This document shows, in pieces, positions 1-13,479 of a stretch of DNA of 64,000 bases. Every line of letters begins with the position of its first letter. The stretch's first letter is position 1. The position numbers and the translations under genes were made by a program. Below the pieces are notes generated by a model that was given only the letters and a program-made list of their open reading frames with translations, was not told the DNA's origin and did no database searches. The stretch covers positions 13,950,001-14,014,000 of the forward strand of contig NC_091999.1 in the NCBI RefSeq assembly GCF_044704955.1. The letters run 5' to 3'. The DNA comes from Pristiophorus japonicus (lineage: Eukaryota).

Positions 1-565
1 CGGTGGCTAGGCAACGGAGTTTGTGGCAATGACAATTACAAATATCAGAATACTTCACAGGCTATGACGTGCAAAAATTTGTGCATGAGTTTTTAAAATT
101 CAATCAGTTCCAAAAATTAGTTACAAATAGTAACGGATTTCAAACCTTATGCAAGACAGTTCAATAAAGGGGTGGTTCAAAGAATTTCAGCTGAGTTTAA
201 GGTGAGACACTGCAGTTAAGTCTGCAACAACCACAATCCATGTACTCAAATGGAACGAGTTTGGGGTTTGATAGAAAGCGAACTAGGTGAGAGGTGATTA
301 GATTAAGAAAAAGCACTAAAATGGAAGAGTCAGTAACAGAACATCAATTAGTCTCCTCTGATCATGGAGGAATCAAATATTCGACACGATGTGTTTGAAA
401 CAAAGATAATTTATTCAACATTTATACACATTATTAATCTCCACCTCAAGTATAGGGGTTATTAAGATAATCAGAAACAAACATTAGCTGCCAGAATGAA
501 CATGGTTCAGTGCCCAAAGCAATCACAGTAAATCCTGTTCTAGTCACAAATGCAGCCTTTTTCCT

Positions 566-843
566 CAGCCCATTTAAAACTGAGATGAGGAGGAATTTCT
601 TCTCTCAGAAGGTGGAAATCTGTGGAATTCTCTGCCCCAGAGAGCAGTGCAGGCTGGGTCATTGAATATATTTGAGGCGGAGAAAGCCAGATTTTTGAGC
701 GATAAGGGAGTAAACGGTTCCGGGGAGCGGGCAGAGAAGTGGAGCTGAGTCTATGATCAGACCAGCCATGATCTTATTGAATGGGAAGCAGACCCGGGAG
801 TCCGGGTGGCCCACTCCTGCTCCTTTTTCTCATGGTCTTATGT
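566..843 (+). mobile_element. CR1 LINE 3' end fragment
   Basis: Encodes the ORF2 C-terminal motif FKTEMRRNFFSQ, followed by the typical 3' tail (cagccatgatcttattgaatgg...tcctgctcct...ttatgt). Confidence 0.85.
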
Positions 844-1267
844 ACCCACCATTCCCGGCGGGGGAGAATGTGCCGCACCCAGAATACAGGAGCTCAGTGC
901 GCAGGCACGGGCCCTGGCTGTGTTTGGAGCATGTGTGGTGCATATAATGGCGGAGGGGATGCGTTTTGGACAGCCTCCTCAGAAGTGTCCTTTTCAGCGG
1001 AGTAATGGACCAGCGGGGAGCTGGGGAGGATTGATAAACAGCCGGTACCCTCCGCAAGCCCGGAATAATAACCGGAATATCGGCGGTTACAGCTTCGAGG
1101 CTTGCTTTCGGTCACAACGGCCGTATTGGTGCAGGAAGCAGGTTCAACGCTCCGCCATGTTGATGAAGTTAGTAGCACAGCGCATGCGCGGCTATCTTGG
1201 TGCAGGAACAAAGTGAATGATGTCATGTCTGGAACTGAACCCAGCGAGACTCAGTACCTTCAGGGGA
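844..1267 (+). promoter_or_regulatory. CpG-rich promoter / first-exon-like module, copy 1
   Basis: CpG-dense. NRF1 palindrome GCGCATGCGC at 1180-1189, YY1-type AATGGCGG at 946-953 and CCGCCATGTT at 1152-1161, CCGGAA ETS-like motifs. Runs into the 54-bp repeat. Alignable to 18813-19316. Confidence 0.55.
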
Positions 1268-3128
1268 AACATAGAAACATAGAAAATAGGTGCAGGAGTA
1301 GGCCACTCGGCCCTTGTAGCCTGCACCGCCATTCAATGAGTTCATGGCTGAACATGCAACTTCAGTACCCCATTCCTGCTTTCTCGCCATACCTCTTGAT
1401 CCCCCTAGTAGTAAGGACTTCATCAAACTCCTTTTTGAATATATTTAGTGAATTGGCCTCAACAACTTTCTGTGGTAGAGAATTCCACAGGTTCACCACT
1501 CTCTGGGTGAAGAAGTTTCTCCTCATCTCGGTCCTAAATGGCTTACCCCTTATCCTTAGACTGTGACCCCTGGTTCTGGACTTCCCCAACATCGGGAACA
1601 TTCTTCCTGCATCTAACCTGTCTAAACCCATCAGAATTTTAAACGTTTCTATGAGGTCCCCTCTCATTCTTCTGAACTCCAGTGAATACAAGCCCAGTTG
1701 ATCCAGTCTTTCTTGATAGGTCAGTCCCACCATCCCGGGAATCAGTCTGGTGAACCTTCGCTGCACTCCCTCAATAGCAAGAATGTCCTTCCTCAAGTTA
1801 GGAGACCAAAACTGTACACAATACTCCAGGTGTGGCCTCACCAAGGCCCTGCACAACTGTAGTAACACCTCCCTGCCCCTGTCCTCAAATCCCCTTGCTA
1901 TGAAGGCCAATATGCCATTTGCTTTCTAAACCGCCTGCTGTACCTGCATGCCAACCTTCAATGACTGATGTACCATGACACCCAGGTCTCTTTGCACCTC
2001 CCCTTTTCCTAATCTGTCACCATTCAGATAATAGTCTATCTCTCTGTTTTTACCACCAAAGTGGATAACCTCACATTTATCCACATTATACTTCATCTGC
2101 CATGCATTTGCACACTCACCTAACCTATCCAAGTCACTCTGTAGCCTCATAGCATCCTCTTCGCAGCTCACACTGCCACCCAACTTAGTGTCATCCGCAA
2201 ATTTGGAGATACTACATTTAATCCCCTCATCTAAATCATTAATGTACAATGTAAACAGCTGGGGCCCCAGCACAGCACCTTGCGGTACCCCACTAGTCAC
2301 TGCCTGCCATTCTGAAAAGTACCCATTTACTCCTACTCTTTGCTTTCTGTCTGACAACCAGTTCTCAATCCATATCAGCACACTACCCCAATCCCATGTG
2401 CTTTAACTTTGCACATTAATCTCTTGTGTGGGAGCTTGTCGAAAGCCTTCTGAAAGTCCAAATGCACTACATCAACTGGTTCTCTCTTGTCCATTCTACT
2501 GGAAACATCCTCAAAAAATTCCAGAAGATTTGTCAAGCATCATTTCCCTTTCACAAATCCATGCTGACTTGGACCTATCATGTCACCTCTTTCCAAATGC
2601 GCTGCTATGACATCTTTAATAATTGATTCCATCATTTTACCCACTACTGAGGTCAGGCTGACCGGTCTATAATTCCCTGTTTTCTCTCTCCCTGATTTTT
2701 TTAAAAGTGGGGTTACATTGGCTACCCTCCACGCGATAGGAACTGATCCAGAGTCAATGGAATGTTGGAAAATGACTGTCAATGCATCCGCTATTTCCAA
2801 GGTCACCTCCTTAAGTACTCTGGGATGCAGTCCATCAGGCGCTGGGGATTTATCGGCCTTTAATCCCATCAATTTCCCAACACAATTTCCCGACTGATAA
2901 GGATTTCCCTCAGTTCCTCCTTCTTACTAGACCCTCTGACCCCTTTAATATCTAGAAGGTTGTTTGTGTCCTCCTGAGTGAATACCGAACCAAAGTACTT
3001 GTTCAATTGGTCTGCTATTTCTTTGTTCCCCATTATGACTTCCCCTGATTCTGACTGCAGGGGACCTACGTTTGTCTTTACTAACCTTTTTCTCTTTACA
3101 TATCTATAGAAACTTTTGCAATCCATCT
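1268..3128 (-). mobile_element. CR1 LINE, 5'-truncated, disrupted ORF2 (RT region)
   Basis: Minus-strand ORFs contain GVPQGAVLGP, KFADDTKL, NYRPVSLTS and LEYCVQFWSP. The (aacatag)n 3' microsatellite is at the left end. Inserted inside a 54-bp repeat unit. Confidence 0.95.
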
Positions 3129-3495
3129 TAAGGGGAGGGGAAACAGTGTGTGTAGAACTGAACCCAGCCAGAGTCAGCACCTTCAGGGGATGGGAACCAG
3201 TGAGTGTAGAACTGAACCCAGCCGGAGTCAGTACCTTCAGGGGAAGGGAACCAGTGAGTGTAGAACTGAACCCAGCCAGAGTCAGCACCTTCAGGTGAGG
3301 GGATCAGTGAGTGTAGAACTGAACCCAGCCAGAGTCAGTACCTTCAGGGGAGGGGACCAGTGAGTGTAGAACTGAACCCAGCCAGAGTCAGTACCTTCAG
3401 GGGAGGGGAACCAGTGATTGTAGAACCGGACTCAGCCAGAGTCAGCACCATCAAGGGGGGAGGGGAGCCAATGAGTGTCAAACTGAACGCAGCCC
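3129..3495 (+). repeat. 54-bp tandem repeat (about 7 units), most with a GTGAGT splice-donor motif
   Basis: Unit gtagaactgaacccagccagagtcagcaccttcaggggaggggaaccagtgagt; period 54 (3152 to 3206). Confidence 0.9.
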
Positions 3496-3527
3496 AAATT
3501 GGTGGTGAAAATTGGGAGTGGAGGTGA

Positions 3528-6500
3528 AATAACATAAGAATATAAGAAATAGGAGCAGGAGTAGGTCATTTGGCCCCTCGAGCCTGCTCCCCATTGAATA
3601 AGATCATGGCTGATCTGATCATGGACTCAGCTCCACTTCCGTGCCCGCTCCCCATCACCCCTTACTCCTTTATCGCTGAAAAATGTGTCTATCTCCACCT
3701 TAAATATATTCAATTACCTAGCTTGCACAGCTCTTTGGGGCAGCTAATTCCATGGATTTACAAACCTCAGAGAAGAAATTCCTCCTCATCTCACTTTTAA
3801 ATGGGCGGCTCCTTATTCTGAGACTATGTCCCCTAATTTTAGTTTCCCCGATGAATGAAAATATCCTCTCTGCATCCACCTTGGCCAGCCCCCTCATTAT
3901 CATTGAGTTTCAATAAGATCACCTCTCATTCTTCTGAACTCCAATGTGTATAGGTCCAACCTACTCAACCTATCCTCAGAAGTCAACACCCTCATCTCCG
4001 GAATCAACCTAGTGAACCTTCTCTGAACAGCCTCCAATGCAAGTATATCCTTCCTTAAATACGGAGACCAAAACTGTACGCAGTACTCCCGGTGTGGCCT
4101 CACCAATATTCTGTACAGTGTAGCAGGACTTCTCTGCTTTTATACTCTATCCCCCTTGGAATAAAGGCCAACATTCCATTTACCTTCCTGATTACTTGCC
4201 GTACCTGCATACTAACTTTTTGTGTTTCATGCACAAGACCCCCAAGTCTCTCTATAATGCAGCCCTTTGTAATTTTTCTCCATTTAAATTATAATTTGCT
4301 TTTCTATTATTTCTGCTAAAGTGGATAACCTCACATTTTCCCACATTATATTTCATCTGCCAAATGTTTGCCCTCTCACTTAACCTGTCTATATCCCTTT
4401 GCAGATTTTTGTGTCTTCCGCACAATTTTGTAACAACTGCAAACTCGGTTCCTTCATCCAAGTCATTAATATGGATTGTATATAGTTGAGGACCCAGCAC
4501 CGATCCCTGCGGCACCCTACTAGTCATGTTTGCCAACTGGAAAATGACCCATTTATCCCGACCCTCTCTTTTCTGTTGGTTTGCCAATCCTCTATCCATG
4601 TTAATACATTACCTCCAACCCTGTGAGCTTTTATCTTGTGCAGTAACCTCTTCAGTGGCACCTTATCGAATGCCTTCTGGAAATCCAAATACACCACACC
4701 CACTGCTTCCCCCTTATCCACCCTGCTCCTTACATCCTCAAAGTACTCCAGCGAATTTGTAAACATGATTTCCCTTTCATAAAACCATATTGAATCTGCT
4801 TGATTGAATCATGCTTTTCCAAATGTCCTGCTACTGCTTCCTTAATAATGGATTCCAGCATTTTCCCAACGACAGATGTTAGGCTAACTGGTATATAGTG
4901 TCCTGCTTTTTGTCTGCCTCCTTTTCAAATAGGCACATTACATTTGCGGTTTTCCAATCTGTTGGGACCTCCACTAGAATCCAGGGAATTTTGGTAGATT
5001 ACCACCAATGCATCCACTATCTCTGCAGCCACTTCTCTTAAGACCCGAGGATGCAAGCCATCAGGTCCAGGGGACTTGTCTGCCTTTAGTCCTATTATTT
5101 TACCTTGCACTATGTCATTAGTGATAGTGATTGTATTGCGTTCCTCCCAACCTATAGCCCCTCGCTTATCCACTGCTGGGATGTTTTTAGTGTCTAATAC
5201 CATGAAGGACTCTTACTATCTGTTTTTGTATTTTGTGCAAGTTTACTTTCATAATCTATCTTCCCTCTCAATCATTTTTTTAGTCGTTCTCTACTGGCTT
5301 TTGAAAATGTCATAAACCTCTGACCTCCCACTAGTCTTGGCCACACTGTATGTCTTTGTTTTAATTTGATACCTCCCTTATTTCCTTAGGTAGTCATGGA
5401 TGGTTATCCCTTCTCTTAGTCTTTCCTTCTCACTGGGATATATTTTTGTTGCAGGTTGTGAAATATCTCATTAAATGTCTGCCGCTGCTCATCAACTGTC
5501 CCATTCTTTAATCTATTTTCCCAGTCCACTTTAGCCAACTTTGCCCTCCGAGTTTGAGAACCAACTTTCTCACCCTCCAGCTGAATTTGAAATTCAACCA
5601 TATTATGGTCACTCATTCCGAGAGGATCTTTTAGTACGAAATCATTTATTAATCCTGCCTCATTACACAGTACTAGATCTAAGACAGCCTGCTCCCTGGT
5701 TGGTTCCACAACATACTGTTCAAGGAAACTATCCCGGATACACTCTATGGACTCCTCCTCAAGGCCAATTCACTTTGTCCAATCAATATGAAGTTTAAAA
5801 ATCACCCATAATTATTGCCGTTCCTTTATTACAAGCCTCCATTATTTCTTGATTTATACTCCGTCCAACAGTGTAGCTACTGTTAGGGGGCCTATAGACT
5901 CTGCCCACCAGTGACATTCTCTTTATTATTCCCCATCTCCACGCAAACTGATTCAATATCTTGATCTTCTGAGCAAATATCGTTTCTCACTAGCACACTG
6001 ATCCCATCCTTTATTAACAGAGCTACCCCACCTCCTTTTCCTTTCTGTCTGTCCTTCCGAATTGTCAAATATCCCTGAATATTTAGTTCCTAGTCCTGGT
6101 CATCTTGCAACCACATCTCTGTAATGGCTATCAGATCATACCCATTTGTATCCATTTGTGCCGTCAACTCATCTATTTTGTTACGAATGTTGTGCATTTA
6201 GACAAAGAGCTTTTAAATGTGTTTTTTTTACCTGTTTTTCCTGCTTTTTTCTTCTGTCCTTCAAACTCACTTTCTACATTTTTGCTTTCTAATTCCAGCT
6301 TTACTTCCCCCCCCCCACCCCTCCCACTGAATCTATTCTCAGGTTCCCATCCCCCTGCCAAGCTAGTTTAAACCCTCCCCAACAGCACTGGCAACCGCCT
6401 CCCCCCGGCGAGGATATTAGTCTCGCTTCTGTTGAGGTGCAACCCGTCCAGCTTGCACATGTCCCACCTCCCTCAGAAGTGGTCCCAATGCCTCAGGAAT

Positions 6501-6590
6501 CTAAAGCCCTCCCTCCTGCACCATGTCTCCAGCCAGGCATTCATCTGCTCTATCTTCCTATTTCTGTACTCACTAGCTCGTGGCACCAGG
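3528..6590 (-). mobile_element. CR1 LINE, long degenerate copy (ORF1 3' end, endonuclease and RT remnants)
   Basis: Fragments EPTREQAVLDLVLCNE...SDHNMVEF, KSPGPDGLHPRVL, YLDFQKAFDKVP, VPQGSVLGP; aacataagaa tail at the left. Confidence 0.92.
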
Positions 6591-6735
6591 AGTCATTCTA
6601 AATATTACCCTAGACCATGTCACTGTTTATAATTACACATGACCCAGTCTCGGTTTATATTACATTCGACCCTGCCTCTGTTTATATTATACTAGACCCT
6701 GTCCCTGTTTATACTACACTTGACAGTATCTCTGT
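6590..6735. repeat. Short degenerate tandem repeat (tgtttatattacactagaccctgtc-like)
   Basis: About 5 imperfect units visible by eye. Confidence 0.55.
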
Positions 6736-6737
6736 TT

Positions 6738-7980
6738 ATAAATAGAAGTATAGAGTACAAACGCAGGGATATTATGATGAACCTGTACAAAACACTGGTT
6801 CGGCCTCAACTGGAGTATTATGCCCAATTGTGGGCAACACACTTTAGGAATAATGTGAAGGCCTTGGAGAGGGTGCAGAAAAGATTTACGAGAATGATTC
6901 CAGGGATGAGAGACTTCAGTTACCTGGACAACTGGAGCAGCTGGGGTTGCAAGGGGGATAGAGTATAAAAGCAGAGAAGTCCTGCTACAACTGTACAGGG
7001 TATTGGTGAGGCCACACCTGGAGTACTGCGTACAGTTTTGGTCTCTGTATTTAAGGAAGGATATACTTGCATTGGAGGCAGTTCAGAGAAGGTTCACTAA
7101 GTTGATTCCTGAGATGAGGGGATTGACTTGTGAAGAAAGGTTGAGTAGTTTGGGCCTATACTCATTGGAGTTCAGAATAATGAGAGGTGATCTTATTGAA
7201 ACATAAAAGATACTGGGGGGCTTGACAAGGTGGATGCAGAGAGGATATTTCCACTCATAGGAGAATCTAGAACTAGGGGGCATAGTTTCAGAATAAGGGG
7301 TTGCCCATTTAAAACTGAGATGAGTGGGAGGCTTCTAATTCTGTGGAATTCTCTGCCCCGGAGAGCTGTGGAGGCTGGGTCATTGAATATATTTAAGGCG
7401 GAGATAGACAGATTTTTTTGAGTGATATGAGAGTAAAGGTTTATGGGGAGTGAGCGGGGAAGTGGAGCTGAGTCCATGATCAGATCAGCCACGATTTTAT
7501 TGAATGATGGAGCAGGCTCGAGGGGCCAAATGGCCTACTCCCGCTCTTATTTCTTGTGTTCACCTCACAGCAGGGATGATTTGAGAGGAGATTTGATCGA
7601 GGTGTTCAAAATCCTGAGTGGTCTTGCCAGAGTAGATCGAGAGATACTGTTCCCATTGGCAGAAGGGTCGAGAACCAGAGAACCAGAGGACACAGATTTA
7701 AGGTGATTGGCAAAAGAACCAAAGGCGACACAAGAAAAAACCTTTTTGCGTAGCGAGTGGTTAATATCTGGATTGCACGGCCTGAAAGGGTGGTGGAGGC
7801 AGACTCAATCACAGCTTTCAAAAGGGAGTTGGATAAGTATCTGAAAGAAAAACATTTGCAGGGCTGTGGGGTAAGGGCAGGGGACTGGGACTAGCTGAGG
7901 TGCTCTTGCAGAGAGCTGGCATGGGCTCGACGGGCCGAATGGTCTTGTTCCGTGCTGTAACCATTCTCTGATTCTATGGT
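6738..7980 (+). mobile_element. CR1 3' fragment with a second CR1 3' fragment nested inside (about 6949-7558)
   Basis: The LVRPxLEY...LExVQxRFT motif occurs twice. The outer copy breaks at ctggggttg and resumes near 7560 (LRGDLIEVFKIL). Confidence 0.85.
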
Positions 7981-8364
7981 TCTAACTCTCTCAGCATAAG
8001 CCTCTATTCCCTTCTCCCTCATATGCTGATCTTCAGTGCATCGATACTGGAAACACAGAGCGACCAATCCAGAGCCGCTCTGTATCAGGGTGGGTGCTGG
8101 ATACGGAAGTCGCTCCCTGGCCTCCTGTGTGCGTCTGTTTGTTGCATCAGTTTGACCTGGATTGGAGAGGAGGGAGAAGCTGCTGGGTTTAACCCCCAGT
8201 ACCTCTGGGCCCAGTCGGGCCCAACAATTTCCGATGAGAGACTGTCAACAGCGGTCGATTCTCGGGGAGATTAGGTTGTGAAACGGATACTGCCTGCACA
8301 ATGTATAAGAGTATTGTTTTAGGAACAAGTATTTCTGTAGAGGCTTTCAATATACAGATTTGTT

Positions 8365-8802
8365 TTAATCCATTCTTGGGATGTGGGTGTCGCTAGTAGG
8401 GCCAGAATATATTTCCAATTTCCATTTGCCCCTTGGCAAGGTGATGGTGGGCCTTCTCGAACCACTGCAGTCCGTGTGGTGAAGGCCCTCCCACAATGCT
8501 GTTATGTGAGGAGTTCCAGGTTTTTCACCCAGTGACGATGTAGGAATGGCAATATATGCCCAAGTCAGGATGGTGTGAGACTTGGAGGGGAACTTGGAGG
8601 TGATGGATTTCCCATGCACCTGCCGTCCTGGTCCATCTGGGTGTGAGAGGTTGTGGGTTTGGGAGGTCCTGTCAAAGTTCTGGTCGAGTTGCAGATGTAT
8701 AAAGTCTCTCCCCTTCACCCCGCCCACCTCTCCCTCCTCCCATAGAGGCCAGAGTCTTGTGTAGGCCCAGACCGGGTGGTGGATTCCCATCCCTGAAGGA
8801 CA
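8365..8802 (-). mobile_element. Old LINE (CR1/L2-clade) 3' or SINE-like fragment; continues at 12439-12553
   Basis: KFPSKSHTILTW-type tail. The string ccctgaagGACA...GACAttagtgaccagttggg is split by the LTR insertion. Confidence 0.55.
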
Positions 8803-11800
8803 TGTGGTGGGTTTGTCAGCCTTTTCTGACCTTGACGGTTCGAATCGTCCCACTCCCTGGCTCTAGGGCTTGGAATTATTTAGGAGATGTGATCGATGTG
8901 GACAGACAACTGTTTGGTCCAAGAACAAATATTTTATTTAGAAAATAGCACACCACACTAATTACCTTAATAGCATATAACAAAATGTACAGAAAAAGGG
9001 GGAAAACATATACGCAATGGGTACAGAGGCTATGCAGTGAAAAAAACACTTCCCACCACTACACTAACTAAGCTAGGCTCTGAAATTGCAGGGACTATGC
9101 TCACCAAAGGATTTATCCACAGTTTAGACCAGTTGCACACTGCTTTCTCTCTCCAGCAGTTATCATGGGCAACTTTAATCGACATATTGATTGGGCTAAC
9201 CAAACTGGTAGCAATGCGGTGGAGGAGATTTCCTGGAGTGTATTAGGGATGGTTTTCTAGACCAATATGTCAAGGAACCAACTAGAGGGCTGGCCATCCT
9301 AGACTGGGTGATGTGTAATGAGAGAGGACTAATTAGCAATCTTGTTGTGCGAGGCCCCTTGGGGAAGAGTGACCATAATATGGTAGAATTCTTTATTAAG
9401 ATGGAGAGTGACACAGTTAATTCAGAGACTAGGGTCCTGAACTTAAAGAAAGGTAACTTTGATGGTATGAGACATGAATTGGCTAGAATAGTGATACTTA
9501 AAAGGTTGACGGTGGATAGGCAATGGCAAACATTTAAAGATCACATGGATGAACTTCAACAATTGTACATCCCCGTCTGGAGTAAAAATAAAACAGGGAA
9601 GGTGGCTCAACCGTGGCTAACAAGGGAAATTCAGGATAGTGTTAAATCCAAGGAAGAGGCTGATAAATTGGCCAGAAAAAGCAGCAAACCTGAGGACTGG
9701 GAGTATTTTGTAATAAAGCAGAGGAAGACAAAGGGTTTAATTAGGAGAGAGAAAATAGAGTATGAGAGAAAGCTTCTGGGAACATAAAAACTGACTGCAA
9801 GTGCTTCTATATATATATGTGTGTGTGTGTGTGAAAAGAAAAAGATTGGTGAAAACAAACGTAGGTCCCTTGCAGTCAGATTCAGGTGAATTTATATTGG
9901 GGAACAAAGAAATGGCAGACCAGTTAAACAAGTACTTTGGTTCTGTCTTCACAACGGAAGACACAAATCACCTTCCAGAAATACTAGGGGACCGAGGGTC
10001 TAGTGAGAAGGAGGAACTGAAGGAAATCCTCATTAGGTGGGAAATGGTGTTAGGGAAATTGATGGGATTGAAGGCCAATACATCCCTGGGGCCTGATCGT
10101 CTGCATCCCAGGGTACTTGAGGAAGTAGCCCTTGAAATAGTGGCTGCATTGGTGATCATTTTCCAACAGTCTATCGACTCTGGATCAGTTCCTATGGACT
10201 GGAGGGTAGCTAATGTAACACCACTTTTTAAGAAATGAGGGAAAGAGAAAACGGGTAATTATCGACCAGTTAGCCTGACATCAGTAGTGGGAAAATGTTG
10301 GAATCAATTATTACAGATGAAATAGCAGCGCATTTGGAAATTTGACAGGATCGGTCCAAGTCAGCATGGATTTATGAAAGGGAAATCATGCTTAATAAAT
10401 CTAGAATTTTTTGAGGATGTAACTAATAGAGTGGACAAGGAAGAACCAGTGGATGTGGTATATTTGGACTTTCAAAAGACTTTTGACAAGGTCCCACACG
10501 AGAGATTCGTGTGCAAAATTAAATCACATGGTACTGGGGGCAATGTATTGACGTGGATAGAGAACTAGTTGGCAGACAGGAAGCCGAGAGTCGGGATAAA
10601 CGAGTCCTTTTCAGAATGGCAAGCAGTGACTAGTGGGGTGCCGCAGGGCTCAGTGCTGGGACCCCAGCTATTTACAATATACATTAATGATTTAGATGAA
10701 GGAATTAAGTGTAATATCTCCAAGTTTGCAGATGACACTAAGCTGGGTGGCGGTGTGAGCTGTGGGGAGGACACTAAGAGGCTGCGGGGTGAATTGGACA
10801 GGTTAGGTGAGTGGGCAAACGCATGCCAGATGCAGTATAATGTGGATAAATGTGAGGTTAGGAAAAAGGGAGGTGCAACGAGACCTGGGTGTCATGGTAC
10901 ATCAGTCATTGAAAGTTGGCATGCAGGTTCAGCAGGCGGTGAAGAAGACAAATGGTATGTTGGCCTTCATAGCTAGAGGATTGGAATATAGGAGCAGGGA
11001 GGTCTTACTGCAATTGTACAGGGCCTCAGTGAGTCCTCACCTGGAATATTGTGTTCAGTTTTGGTCTCCTAATCTGAGGAAGGACATTCTTGCTATTGAG
11101 GGAGTGCAGCGAAGGTTCACCAGACTGATTCCCGGGATGGCAGGACTGACATATGAGGAGAAACTGGATCGACTGGGCCTATATTCACTGGATCTAGAAG
11201 GATGAGAGGGGATCTCATCGATACATCTAAAATTCTGATGGGACTGGACAGGTTAGATGCAGGAAGAATGTTCCCAATGTTGTGGAAGTCCAGAACCAGG
11301 GGACATAGTCCAAGGATAAGAGGTAGGCCATTTAGGACTGAGATGAGGAGAAACTTCTTCACTAGGAAAAACCTGTGAAATTCCCTACCGCAGAGAGTTG
11401 TTGATGCCAGTTCATTAGGTTTATACAAGAGGGAGTTAGATATGGCCCTTACAGCTAAAGGGATCAAGGGATATGGAGCGAAAGCAGGAAAGGGGCACTG
11501 AGGGAATGATCAGCCATGATCTTATTGAATGGTGGTGCATGCTCGAAGGGCCGAATGGCCTACTCCTGCACCTACTTTCTATGTTTCTATGTTTCCTCAA
11601 TCTTGTGGATTCTTTGGCTGGTTGTAGTGACTTCGGTATTAGCACTGGTTGACGGTTTGATGGTAAATAAGTTTTTATCCTTGAGTCAGCGCTGGATGAT
11701 TATTGGTTTTTCAGTGACTCCGAGGCTTCTTGTTAGGTTCTTCTTGTTGCGTTGCTGTAACCTCGTGGGGCAAGTTAGATGTTTCAAACCAGAGTCAATG

Positions 11801-12438
11801 AGCCCAGAGTCCAAGTGCTTTTCCAGAGTGTTCTCAGGTATGTTTCGTCAGAAGTGTTTCCTCAGCCCAAAAGTTACCACAGCCCAAAAGTCACCACCAA
11901 GGCCCACAGTTGTACCTGAGTGCACAATTGATTTCTGATGACTGCTTTTGTGCAATTTTGGCAGGCTGATCAACTCTATTGTGATCCCTTTGTGAGAAAT
12001 TTTGGTGGGCTGATTGAGCATTACCATGATACAAGATTACCAAAGGTGTTGATAGGGTTTTCGAATGGTGCCGTTAGAATGTAATCAGGTTTTGATACTG
12101 TCCATTGTGTGTTTTGCTGATGCCAGGGTTTTTCTGTATAGCCGTTTTAATAACTATTAAAATATGCATGTATCTGGGTCCCAGCTAAGTGGGCTTTTGT
12201 TAGACTGCTAATGTTTCCCTGGGGCCTGCCTCCCAGGTGGGGTAGCAGCCCTATGCAGACCCAGCATACAATTTAAAATGTCCAAACTCAATCTAAAAGG
12301 CCCTAGTTTAGTCCAAAGGCATCTAATAGTGAGATATTTCTATCCACATTTCTCCTCCAAAAGTCTAACACAGTTCCAATTCAAATTCCAGACACATGTC
12401 CATTGAGTAGGGGGTCCCAGAATTTTGTGAGTCCTACA
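8803..12438. mobile_element. Solo LTR (about 1.2 kb once the internal CR1 is removed) with 4-bp target-site duplication GACA
   Basis: Starts TGTGG and ends CCTACA. GACA at 8799-8802 and 12439-12442. The flanks rejoin into one continuous repeat. Confidence 0.7.
9162..11594 (+). mobile_element. CR1 LINE, 5'-truncated, disrupted ORF2, inserted in the solo LTR
   Basis: SDHNMVEF, GVPQGSVLGP, KFADDTKL, LEYCVQFWSP; ends in (ttctatgt)n. Confidence 0.95.
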
Positions 12439-12614
12439 GACATTAGTGACCAGTTGGGTTATTACGACAATCCGGCAGCTTTCAGGGTCACTTTTTTTCT
12501 GCTGGCGGCTGCACAAATAGCCAGGTTGATTCAGCTCAATTTCACAACCTGCCTTTGTGTTTTTGCGGGTTCTCTCTCACCCACCCTTTTTCCTGTTTGA
12601 AACTCACTTTACAG

Positions 12615-13089
12615 GGTATTAAAAGGGGAGGATTTGTCGGCCAGAGGCTCAAACCAAACATCACATTAAGATCTGATGGAGTCACTCGATTCATCGGGAA
12701 TGGAATATCATCGGCGTTTGACCATGGAAGCAAAAAGCACTGTTCACAGCAGGGAGAAACTGTACACGTGCTCTGTGTGTGGACAAGGCTTCAGCCGATA
12801 ATCCAACATGGTGAGACACAAGTGCAATCATACTGGGGAGAAACTGTGTAAATATGGGGACTGTGGGAAACGTTTCAACTACCCGTCCCAGCTGGAAACA
12901 CATTGGCGAATTCACACCGGGGAAAGGCCGCTCACCTGCTCCGAGTGTGGGGAGGGAATCACTCAGTCATCCAACCTGCTGACACACCAGCATGTTCACA
13001 CTGGGGAGTGGCCGTTCACCTGCTCTGAGTGTGGGAAGGGATTCAGTACGTTAGCCCACGTGTTGCGGCACCAGAGAGTTCACAAGTGA
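12615..13089 (+). pseudogene. C2H2 zinc-finger gene terminal exon (4 fingers), pseudogene
   Basis: Acceptor ctttacag ends at 12614. Reads [39 protein letters not shown]...[13 protein letters not shown]...HQRVHK. In-frame stops at 12667 and 12799. Finger 2 has lost its first Cys. Confidence 0.88.
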
Positions 13090-13479
13090 AAGCAGGTGTG
13101 GGATTCTGCTGTTACTGCTGCTATTAATCACATCCCGACTGAACCATGTTCATTCTGACAGTTGGGGTTTGTTTCCGCTGATGTTAATAACTCCTGTAAC
13201 TAGACTGGAGTTTAATATTTGGGATATTGACAAATAAATTCGTGTTGCCTTCAACACATTGCTGTAGATTTTTGTCTTTCCCACCCGTGTGTTTAGCATC
13301 TCCTGGCTGGAGCTCAGTGAGGACAATCTGGGGGAGGATCGTATGGAGGGAGGACTTCAGCCTGGACACAGTCCTTCAGGGTCACACTGAGGGGCAAACG
13401 GCACTTTGGTCTTTCTAATCTCTCTTCACTGACAGCAAAGTCACCGTGCGGGTTAACCTTGATGTGTAAGATGCGGATG

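Noticed and set aside
1-560. Possible LTR or other repeat fragment at the window start
   Set aside because: No termini, PBS or second copy is visible, so it cannot be classified.
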